DNA of 64,000 nucleotides from Alphaproteobacteria bacterium. GTDB taxonomy: Bacteria > Pseudomonadota > Alphaproteobacteria > UBA6615. Location: positions 5,780 through 69,779 of the forward strand of contig SHVS01000010.1 of assembly GCA_009694135.1 (NCBI GenBank), written 5' to 3'. The notes beneath the pieces were generated by a model. That model ran no database searches, had not been told where the DNA came from, and was given only the letters and a program-made list of their open reading frames with translations. Positions 56,412-64,000 of the stretch are shown in pieces. Both the position numbers and the translations under genes were made by a program. Positions within the stretch are counted from its first letter, which is position 1; every line of letters starts with the position of its first letter.

Positions 56412-57748
56412 GCCTGTGGTTGCTGATCGCGCTGCTGACCTGCTCTGTGGCTGCGCTGATCGCCCGGCCACTGCTCAAGCCACCGGGCGGCGCGCTCACC
56501 CGCGCCGATTATGACGCCCGCGTCTATGCCGACCAATTGCGCGAGGTCACGCGCGAAGCCACGCGCGGTGTTTTGTCGGCGGAGGATGCGGAGGCGGCGC
56601 GGCGCGAAATCTCACGGCGTCTGTTTGAGCTCGAAGGCGAGCGCGACCAGCCTGTGGCCGCGAACTCGCAACCTTGGGAGCGGCGCACCGCATTGGCGTT
56701 GGCCGTGCTGGCTCCCCTGCTTGCCATCCTGATGTATCAGCAGCTTGGCAAACCGGCCCTGCCCGATCAGCCGAGCGCGATGCGCGCCCCAGGCACTGAA
56801 GCCGACGAGGCCGCTGGGCTTGCCAAAATCTTGAAGGAATTGGGCGAGCGGCTGCGGCAGGAGCCGGCCGATCTCGATGCCTGGGTAGCCCTCGGCCTCA
56901 CCTTGGCCGCCGCCGGAAAGCCGGTTGAAGCGGCCGAGGCGCTGCGTTGGGCGAGCCGGATCAGCGGCGGCCAGCCCGATCTGGTTGCCTACTATGGCGA
57001 GGCGCTGGTGCGCGTCGCTGGCGGGACCGTGACCGAGCAAGCGATCGAGGCGTTTCTCGATGCCAACGCCGCCGACCCGACCGAACCGCGCGCGCGCTAC
57101 TATCTTGCGCTTGCCGATCATCAGTCGGGGAGACGCGAAGAAGCTCTGGCCGCATGGCAAAAAATGGCGGCCGAAAGCCCAGCCGATGCGCCCTGGCGCG
57201 CGGCGGTCGAGGCACGCATTCGCCAGGTCGCGCGCGAGCTGGGCAAGGAGCCGGAGGCGCTGATCCCGCCGCCGGCGCCGGGCGACGCGACACCGCCGCT
57301 AGCCGAAGTGCTCAACTCGCCGACCGTGCAGGCGATGGTCAAGCGCCTCGCCGAACGCCTTGAGGGCACTCCTGGCGACGTCGAAGGTTGGCTGCGACTG
57401 GGGCGCTCTTATGCCGTGCTCGGGGAGAAGGATAAATCGCTTGCCGCCTATGGGCGCGCTGTGACCGCCGCTCCCGAGCGCGCCGACGCCATCGACGCCT
57501 TTGGCGCGGCGTTGATAGGCGCGGGCGCGGGGTTTCCGCCGGAGTACCTCGCCGCGCTCACGCGGCGGCAAGCCGCGGATGCTAAGGATGCGACCGCGCT
57601 TTGGTACCTGGGCCACGCGGCCAAACTCCAGGGCCGTAACGACGAAGCGCGTGCTCTGTGGCTGCAGCTCAAGCCTCTGTTGCCGCCAAACGACCCGCGC
57701 AGCGCCGAGCTCGCGCGCGCTCTCGACGCGCTCAAACCTGGGCCGTAA
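56408..57748 (+). CDS. ccmI: Cytochrome c-type biogenesis protein CcmI/CycH (TPR)
   Basis: N-terminal TM pair, then TPR-like repeats. ATGA overlap with ccmH. Confidence 0.7.
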   Translation: MSLWLLIALLTCSVAALIARPLLKPPGGALTRADYDARVYADQLREVTREATRGVLSAEDAEAARREISRRLFELEGERDQPVAANSQPWERRTALALAVLAPLLAILMYQQLGKPALPDQPSAMRAPGTEADEAAGLAKILKELGERLRQEPADLDAWVALGLTLAAAGKPVEAAEALRWASRISGGQPDLVAYYGEALVRVAGGTVTEQAIEAFLDANAADPTEPRARYYLALADHQSGRREEALAAWQKMAAESPADAPWRAAVEARIRQVARELGKEPEALIPPPAPGDATPPLAEVLNSPTVQAMVKRLAERLEGTPGDVEGWLRLGRSYAVLGEKDKSLAAYGRAVTAAPERADAIDAFGAALIGAGAGFPPEYLAALTRRQAADAKDATALWYLGHAAKLQGRNDEARALWLQLKPLLPPNDPRSAELARALDALKPGP

Positions 57749-57752
57749 GCGC

Positions 57753-58496
57753 CTACTTATTGCGCAGAGCCAGCGCCTGACGCCGCGCCTCGGCGACTTG
57801 ATCGCGCGACAGGGATAGTCCGACATCCTCGGCCGCGCGCAGCGCCTCATTGCGCTTCTCGCCTTTCTGCTCCAGCAACCCGCACAGATAGAACCACTTG
57901 TAGGAGAGGAAATTGTCGCGCGTGACGCCGCGGGAATCGATGTACATATCGCCCAGCGACCAGGCCGCGCTCGCGGACCCGGCCGCCGCCGCGCGTTCGT
58001 ACCAGTCGCGCGCCAGGGCATAATCCCGAGCGATGATCGACCCGCGCTCGAACATCTGGCCAAGCCTGTCCATGCCGTCGGGGCCACCGCGCATAGCCGC
58101 CGTGCGCAGCAGTTCCATTCCCTTGTTTGGATCGCGCGGCACGCCGTGACCGCGGAGATAAAGTGAGGCGAGCTCGAATTGGGCCTCCCAATTCTCCGGC
58201 GGCGCGGCGATTTTCTGCGTAAGCGCAGTCAGCTCCGCGATCTCGGCCTGCGAAGCGCCCTTCAGATAGAATAGCTGGTTTAAGCTGGCGATCGCGCGCA
58301 GATCGCCGGCGCGCGCCTAAGGAAACCAAGAGACGCGCGCCGCATTGAAGTCATCGGCCTCGAAAAACTCGACCCCTTTATCGTAGGGATCGTATTGGGC
58401 CAGGGCGCAATGCGGACCCGCCAGCGCTATGACGGCGGCAAGAACGAGCGACCCACAAGGGAACGGAACACGCGCCAAACTTACCTCCGCGACCAT
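57753..58496 (-). pseudogene. Sel1-repeat (SLR) secreted protein interrupted by an in-frame TAG at 58317-58319
   Basis: Track ORFs 58317..58709(-) and 57753..58142(-) join in one frame: ...FNAARVSWFP*ARAGDLRAIASLNQLFYLKG...LASLYLRGHGVPRDPNKGMELLRTAA.... The start is ATG 58496 or TTG 58478 (after GGAGG). Confidence 0.6.
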
Positions 58497-58839
58497 TATG
58501 CCGACGGTAGGTGAAAATTGCACAGGGTCGAAACTATGCCGGGAAGCGAGCCTTACCGGGAGGATCAGCCGGTGACCACGATAGCGACCAGCGTCAAATA
58601 GGTCGCCCAACCCATGACACAGGCGAAATAGCGGACGGGGGACTCGGGTCGCGTCTGCATCAGGCAATCTCTTCGCTGGAGGGAGCGGGCCCGCGCGGAC
58701 TCTCGTCATCAGCGCCGTGGCGGAAAGCCCCGCCCCAGATAACCCCGATCCACGGACCGGGCGCCTTGGCCAGTGTCCTAACCCGCTAATTCACAAGGAA
58801 TGGATAAAATCGGGCCAAGCCGGCAAGTCGCGCCACCGA

Positions 58840-59841
58840 TCAGCGGCCGAACACACCCGGATCGCGGATACAGCCCGAAGCCGCCTCCAACACCAGGGGC
58901 GAGGTGCCGAGCGCCCCATGCCGGTTCTTGATCACGCCGACCTCGAAGGGAGCGGCATTGCCCGACTCCTTGCGCGCGATCTGATCGAGCCCGGCCTCCT
59001 CGCGCACGGCAAAAAAATCCGCCTGATAATTGAGGATACCAAGCACCAGATCGGCCTCCTGCTCGCCACCCGCATCGGCCAGGTGATGCAACTGCGGCCG
59101 GCGCTTGGCGATGAAATCCAGCACGCGCTTGTCCTCGAGCGTGCCGAACGGGATCTCGCCGCTATTGGCGATCGTGATGCCGCGGATCTGCGCCGCGGCG
59201 ACCACTGGGCACCCCAGCCGAACCGCCATGCGCTTCAGCTGGCGCGCGGTGTGCGCGACTTCGAGCGCGAAGGACTCATACTTGCCCGGCGGCGGCCAGA
59301 CCAACTGCAAATAATCGACAAACACCGCGCCGAGATGCGGAATCTTGGGCGCGATTTCGTGACAGTGGCGCACGACATCGACCACGTTCCAATCCGGCTG
59401 ATAGACGACGATCAGTCGCTTTTCCCAGCTCTTGAGTTCGGCCACGGCTCGGTGCAGCTCGGCCACCTTGAGGCCCGGACGCACGCGCGCGTCGCCGCCT
59501 TGCAGGCAGAGCTGCACGTCCCGATAGGACCAGCCGACGGCGCCATGCTTGCGCGTCAGAATCGAGAGCAAGCGAATCATGGTCGATTCCGGCGGCAGTT
59601 CGTAAGAGAAGACGACGTAGGTCTCATCCGGATAACGCTCAAGCCAATGCGCCAGGAGATTGAACACAACGGTCGTCTTGCCGTGCCCGGTGCGTCCGGC
59701 GATCACCACCAGATCACCCGGATCGGCGCCGATGTCGCGCTCGTCGAGAATGCGCCAGCCAAACGGCTTGTTCTTGCCGCGCCCGACAATGTTCTCGATC
59801 AACCCATTTACGGAAAAGGCGCCGAATATCTCACTGCTCAT
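58840..59841 (-). CDS. Stand-alone DnaB-C-terminal-domain-like (RecA-fold) ATPase
   Basis: GDLVVIAGRTGHGKTTVVFNL (Walker A), AVFVDYLQLV (Walker B), AAAQIRG, EADLVLGILN, VIKNRHGALG. These are collinear with the DnaB C-terminal domain motifs. There is no DnaB N-terminal domain. Confidence 0.7.
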   Translation of the reverse strand: MSSEIFGAFSVNGLIENIVGRGKNKPFGWRILDERDIGADPGDLVVIAGRTGHGKTTVVFNLLAHWLERYPDETYVVFSYELPPESTMIRLLSILTRKHGAVGWSYRDVQLCLQGGDARVRPGLKVAELHRAVAELKSWEKRLIVVYQPDWNVVDVVRHCHEIAPKIPHLGAVFVDYLQLVWPPPGKYESFALEVAHTARQLKRMAVRLGCPVVAAAQIRGITIANSGEIPFGTLEDKRVLDFIAKRRPQLHHLADAGGEQEADLVLGILNYQADFFAVREEAGLDQIARKESGNAAPFEVGVIKNRHGALGTSPLVLEAASGCIRDPGVFGR

Positions 59842-60015
59842 GGTCCGACCCCATACTCGCGGCGCAGACGAGCGACGCCGCAGTCTCAGGTTAGGCTGAA
59901 CGCTAAACCTGACTCTCTAACAATTTGGCAAACGCGCTCGACCGCCACGCACCCCTTACGCGGAGGTCCACCCTCTGGCGGCTGCGGATACGCTCTTTTC
60001 ACGTAATTTATCACC

Positions 60016-61119
60016 TTAATGCGTGCCCGGCGCGCGCTCGGGAAATAGGCCAGCCAAACCTGAGGCCGAAGCCGCGCACACACCGCGTTCGGTGACGAAC
60101 GCCGTCACCAGCCGCGCCGGCGTCACATCAAAACCGTAGTTCGCAGCCGGCGAGTGCGCGGGCGTAATCCGCACGTCGTACAGCCGGCCATCCTCCGCCA
60201 ATCCGGTTACATGCGTGACTTCGCGCGCGTCGCGCTGCTCGATCGGGATTTGAGCAAGCCCGTCGGTCAGCGTCCAATCGATCGAAGGTGATGGCAAGGC
60301 AACGTAAAAGGGAACGCCGGTGTCGCGCGCAGCGACGGCCTTGAGATAGGTCCCGATCTTGTTGGCGACATCGCCCCGCGCGGTGGTGCGGTCGGTGCCG
60401 ACGATGCACAGATCAACCAAGCCGCGCTGCATCAGATGGCCGCCGGTATTATCGGCGATGACCGTATGCGCAACCCCCTCCTCGCACAGTTCATAGGCCG
60501 TCAGTGCCGCGCCTTGATTGCGCGGGCGCGTCTCGTCGACCCAGACATGCAGGTCGATCCCTTCCTGGCGGGCACGATAGATCGGCGCGGTCGCTGTCCC
60601 CCAATCGACTGTCGCCAGCCAACCGGCATTGCAGTGGGTCAGGATATTGAGCCGCCGTCCGCCAACGCGCTCAGCCGCCGCCCGCAGGAGGCCCAACCCA
60701 TGTTCGCCGATCGCGCGGCAGATCGCGACATCGTCGTCGCAGATTTGGTCGGCGCAAGCGAAGGCGCGGGCAGCACGGTCACCAACCGAAGCTATGGCGA
60801 CCGCCCGACGCGTTTCATCGAGCGCCCAGCGTAGATTGACCGCGGTTGGCCGCGCCGCAACCAGCAGCTGATAGGCGCGCTCGAGACCGCTATCGCCCGG
60901 ATCCTCCAGCAAAGCGATTGCCAGCCCATAGGCCGCGGTCGCGCCAATCAGCGGCGCCCCGCGCACCCGCATCTCGCGGATCGCGCGCGCCGCATCCTCG
61001 GCGCTGGCTAGGCGTAAGGTCACAAAGGCATGCGGCAAACGCGTCTGGTCGATGGTCTCGACCGAGCGCCCGTCGGCTGTTCGCCAGATCGTGCGCATCG
61101 CCCGCCCGGCGATTTTCAT
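60016..61119 (-). CDS. mtnA: S-methyl-5-thioribose-1-phosphate isomerase
   Basis: IDQTRLPHAF...MRVRGAPLIGATAAYGLA...ILTHCNAGWLATVDWGTA. Confidence 0.85.
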   Translation of the reverse strand: MKIAGRAMRTIWRTADGRSVETIDQTRLPHAFVTLRLASAEDAARAIREMRVRGAPLIGATAAYGLAIALLEDPGDSGLERAYQLLVAARPTAVNLRWALDETRRAVAIASVGDRAARAFACADQICDDDVAICRAIGEHGLGLLRAAAERVGGRRLNILTHCNAGWLATVDWGTATAPIYRARQEGIDLHVWVDETRPRNQGAALTAYELCEEGVAHTVIADNTGGHLMQRGLVDLCIVGTDRTTARGDVANKIGTYLKAVAARDTGVPFYVALPSPSIDWTLTDGLAQIPIEQRDAREVTHVTGLAEDGRLYDVRITPAHSPAANYGFDVTPARLVTAFVTERGVCAASASGLAGLFPERAPGTH

Positions 61120-61225
61120 GTCCAGGCCCCCATTGTTGCCAAGGCCCGCGGACTAAATCGCCCGCTCAGGTGTTTTATCATCAGGTCGAAACTCATGCGG
61201 CTTGCCGCGCACTTCGGAGAACGAG

Positions 61226-61696
61226 ATGTTCATTGCCCGCACCGTGCTGCTGACTCTTGCCGCCGCCGCCACAACTTTGGCCAGCGCCGCAGCCTACGCC
61301 CAGGCCGCGCCCGAGCTGATCGGCGTGCGCCAAGGCGTCATGCGTTCCTTCAACGCCCAAATGGGGATCGTCGCCGCCGTCGGGCGCGGCGAAATCACCA
61401 ATACCAAGCTGATCGAGCCGGTCGCCGCCGCAATCAACAGCATCGCCAAGCAACTGCCCGCGCTGTTCCCCGCCGGAACAGGCGCCGAAGCCGGCGTGCG
61501 CACGCGCGCTAAGCCGGAAATCTGGTCCAAGCGCGCGGACTTCGTCGCCGCAGCGGCGAAACTGGATGAGGAAACGACTAAGCTTAGCGCGGCGATCGCC
61601 ACCGGCAACGCGCCGGCCATTGCCGCGGCCGCGACCTCGGTGACCAACAACGCCTGCAATGCCTGCCACGGAGTCTATCGCGCGGCGGCGCAATAA
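61226..61696 (+). CDS. Class II c-type cytochrome (cytochrome c' family)
   Basis: GGAGA lies upstream of ATG 61226. Signal peptide. Four-helix-bundle-like sequence with the C-terminal heme site CNACHGVYR. Confidence 0.75.
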   Translation: MFIARTVLLTLAAAATTLASAAAYAQAAPELIGVRQGVMRSFNAQMGIVAAVGRGEITNTKLIEPVAAAINSIAKQLPALFPAGTGAEAGVRTRAKPEIWSKRADFVAAAAKLDEETTKLSAAIATGNAPAIAAAATSVTNNACNACHGVYRAAAQ

Positions 61697-61756
61697 CGCC
61701 CGCCGCGCGCACGCCATCGGTCGGCGACGTTTCGACGGCACGGCGCCGTCCGTAAC

Positions 61757-61800
61757 GCGCCGCCGCTCGGACCGCGAGGTTTTGGCGGCGGCGCAATTTC
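61757..61800 (+). terminator. Putative terminator after the cytochrome c' gene
   Basis: 10-bp GC stem gcgccgccgc / gcggcggcgc with a structured loop, followed by AATTTCT. Confidence 0.35.
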
Positions 61801-61824
61801 TGGTGTAGTTCATCGGCTTAATAT

Positions 61825-62046
61825 CTATTTACGAATGCGGAAGACGAAGACGCCCGCGTCCGCGCGCGATTCCAGCAGTGTATAGCCGCTGACTTCGCAA
61901 AAGTGCTGGAAATCGGCGACCGCCCCCGGATCGGTGGCGCGCACTTCAAGTACATCGCCGGCGAAGAGCGGTTTCATCGAACGCTTGGCCTTCAGAACCG
62001 GCAGCGGGCATTTGAGCCCGCTGGCATCGAGCAGAGCGTCGGCCAT
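61825..62046 (-). CDS. tusA: TusA/SirA-family sulfurtransferase
   Basis: LDASGLKCPLPVLKAK. Confidence 0.8.
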   Translation of the reverse strand: MADALLDASGLKCPLPVLKAKRSMKPLFAGDVLEVRATDPGAVADFQHFCEVSGYTLLESRADAGVFVFRIRK

Positions 62047-62233
62047 GGAAGATGCTACCCTGGTTTGGCTGCCAGGGTTTTAGACGGTGTCCCCGGGGCC
62101 TGGCCAGCCCTCGCCACGCTTTGCGTCCGCCAGCGGACTCGTCTAGGGAGGAACGCTTGGCCGCCGCGGTTGCGGCTGCTTAAGAGTTTTCGCCTACTCT
62201 GCCTCACTTCCGAGCGCATGGCTGCCACGCCGC

Positions 62234-63148
62234 ATGAACGTCTATTTGCCGATTGCCGGGATGTCGGTCGATCCTGTCGTCATTTTGGCGATGGGCGCGG
62301 CTATCGGGACTCTGTCTGGGCTGTTCGGCTTCGGCGGCGGCTTCCTCATGACCCCAATTTTGATCTTTCTCGGCATTCCGCCGGCGGTGGCCGTCGCGAC
62401 TCAGACCAATCAGGTCGTCGGACAGTCGGTTTCGGGCGCCTTGGCGCAATGGCGGCGCGGCAATGTCGACCTGACGATGGGGTTGGTGCTCATTTTTGGC
62501 GGCTTGCTTGGTTCGCTTCTCGGCGTATGGGCGTTCACCCTGCTGCGGAAATTGGGGCAGCTCGATCTGGTGATTTCGCTCGGCTATGTGCTGTTCCTCG
62601 GCGCGGTCGGGATGCTGATGCTGGTCGAGACCGCGCAGACGCTTCTAAGCCAATTTCGCGGCACCGCAGTCCGGCGCAAGCTGCATGAACATGGGTGGCT
62701 ACACCGCCTGCCGCTGAAGATGCGCTTCCGCCGGTCGCGCCTGTTCGTCAGCGCGCTGCTCCCCTTGGGCATCGGCGTCGCCGTCGGACTGCTCGCGTCG
62801 GTGCTCGGCATCGGCGGCGGGTTCCTATTGATTCCGGCCTTGGTTTATATGCTCGGTATGCCGACGGCGATGGTGGTCGGCACCGCCCTGCTGCAGATCA
62901 TCGCCACCACGGCCTTCACCACCGTGTTGCAAGCCGCGACCAACCAGTCGGTCGACCTGGTACTCGCCGCGCTGCTGTTGACCGGCGCCGTGATCGGCGC
63001 GCAATTTGGGTCGCGCTGGGCGGCGCGCTTGCCCGGAGCCCATCTGCGCGGACTGCTCGCCCTGATCGTGCTCGGGATGTGCGGCAAGCTCGCCTATGAC
63101 CTCATGGCGACGCCGGCCGAGCTGTTCTCACTTGCCGGCGCCGGCTGA
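62234..63148 (+). CDS. TauE/SafE (TSUP) family anion exporter
   Basis: Two repeated four-TM halves with the GxGGGF motif (GLFGFGGGFLMTP and GIGGGFLLIP). Confidence 0.8.
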   Translation: MNVYLPIAGMSVDPVVILAMGAAIGTLSGLFGFGGGFLMTPILIFLGIPPAVAVATQTNQVVGQSVSGALAQWRRGNVDLTMGLVLIFGGLLGSLLGVWAFTLLRKLGQLDLVISLGYVLFLGAVGMLMLVETAQTLLSQFRGTAVRRKLHEHGWLHRLPLKMRFRRSRLFVSALLPLGIGVAVGLLASVLGIGGGFLLIPALVYMLGMPTAMVVGTALLQIIATTAFTTVLQAATNQSVDLVLAALLLTGAVIGAQFGSRWAARLPGAHLRGLLALIVLGMCGKLAYDLMATPAELFSLAGAG

Positions 63149-63873
63149 TGACGCGCGTGCTGGCACTCGCTGCAGCCATCCTCGCCCTGGGTGCGTCCTT
63201 CGCCCAGGCCGCCGCGATCGTGGACCTGAGCCAGCGTAATATCAGCATCACCACCGGCTTTGCCGGCGGCGATGTGCTGCTCTTCGGCGCCGTCGAGGAG
63301 CCGGCCGATATCGTCGTCGTGGTGGAGGGACCGGCCGAGCGGCAGACCGTCCGGCGCAAGGCGCGCGTGGCCGGCATTTGGCTCAACCGCGATGCCGAGA
63401 CTTTCGTCGCCGCGCCGACGTTTTATCACGTCGCGAGCAGCCGCCCGCTCGCGGACATTCCGGAGGCGATCCGGCATCGGTATCGCATGGGCGTCGACCA
63501 ACTGTCTCTCGCCAGCGAGCAGCCGCTCAGCGCGGAACGCCGCGCCGAATTTGTTGCGGCCTTCGTGCGCCTGAAGCAGGCGGAGCGCCTGTATAACGCC
63601 GCGCCCGGGAAGGTCGAGTTCCTCGGCCATCGCTTGTTCCGCACGCCACTGGCGCTGCCGGACAATGTCCCGACCGGGCGCTATCGCATCGAGGTGTTCG
63701 AACTGCGCGGCGAGACCGTTACGCAGACTTCGCTCGATCTGCAGATCGAAAAGACCGGCTTCGAGGCGCGGGTTTTCGATTTCGCTCAGTCGCAGGGCCT
63801 CGCCTATGGCCTATTTGCCGTCGTCTTCGCCCTGATGGCAGGATGGGCCGCCAGTGCGGTTTTCCGGTGGTAG
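63148..63873 (+). CDS. TIGR02186-like conserved alphaproteobacterial membrane protein
   Basis: Signal peptide, ISITTGFAGGDVLLFGAVE, and a C-terminal TM segment. Its start overlaps the tauE stop. Confidence 0.55.
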   Translation: MTRVLALAAAILALGASFAQAAAIVDLSQRNISITTGFAGGDVLLFGAVEEPADIVVVVEGPAERQTVRRKARVAGIWLNRDAETFVAAPTFYHVASSRPLADIPEAIRHRYRMGVDQLSLASEQPLSAERRAEFVAAFVRLKQAERLYNAAPGKVEFLGHRLFRTPLALPDNVPTGRYRIEVFELRGETVTQTSLDLQIEKTGFEARVFDFAQSQGLAYGLFAVVFALMAGWAASAVFRW

Positions 63874-63877
63874 CGCC

Positions 63878-64000
63878 ATGACCGATGTCCCAGCGCCGAG
63901 AGCCGCCGAAGCCGGTCGCGTGTTCATGGTCGTGGTCGATGACAGTCCGGAGATGTCGCTGGCCCTGCGCTTCGCCTGTCGCCGCGCCCGTCACACTGGC
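63878..64000 (+). CDS. Partial CDS (N-terminal 41 codons), possibly universal-stress / adenine-nucleotide alpha-hydrolase-like
   Basis: From ATG 63878: MTDVPAPRAAEAGRVFMVVVDDSPEMSLALRFACRRA. It is open at the window end. Confidence 0.3.
   Translation, partial: MTDVPAPRAAEAGRVFMVVVDDSPEMSLALRFACRRARHTG

Noticed and set aside
58717-60006. 429-aa plus-strand ORF
   Set aside because: It is antisense to the DnaB-C-like ATPase, whose Walker A/B and DnaB motifs support the minus strand.

Overview
GC-rich, densely coding chromosomal segment with alphaproteobacterial-type gene content. I support about 65 CDS, one tRNA-Arg(CCU), and no transposase, integrase, CRISPR array or rRNA. Core content: glmU (partial); a long minus-strand block petA-petB-petC-secF-KimA-like permease-gabD-gor; trmL-hemF; cca and a CoA pyrophosphatase; a MoxR/DUF58/BatA-DUF4159/membrane-protein module; a MacAB-type efflux system; a helicase-S4-TerB-fdxA-carD cluster; pcm/htpG; acnA; a contiguous ccmABCDEFGHI cluster preceded by a split YeeE/YedE pair; mtnA; cytochrome c'; tusA-tauE-TIGR02186. 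Accessory-looking content: two ECF sigma/anti-sigma modules, each beside a secreted protein with DxNGDG calcium-loop motifs; an orphan DnaB-C-terminal-domain-only ATPase; and an orphan LapG-like BTLCP lipoprotein. Main observations: (1) a decayed head-to-tail duplication of a surface-protein/ECF-sigma unit, with a shared ECF-type promoter motif present in several copies; (2) four independently disrupted genes (1-nt frameshift, 17-bp duplication, in-frame TGA, in-frame TAG); (3) a strong intrinsic terminator with no upstream plus-strand gene in the acnA/yeeE spacer, implying a terminated leader or small RNA; (4) a MacA-like adaptor carrying a Gly/Gln-rich insert with two LTPEQ (Spy/CpxP-like) motifs. 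I did not find a clear multi-gene novel system. Function calls rest on motifs I recognise in the translations, not on database searches. Many long ORFs in the track are antisense shadows typical of GC-rich DNA and were discarded.
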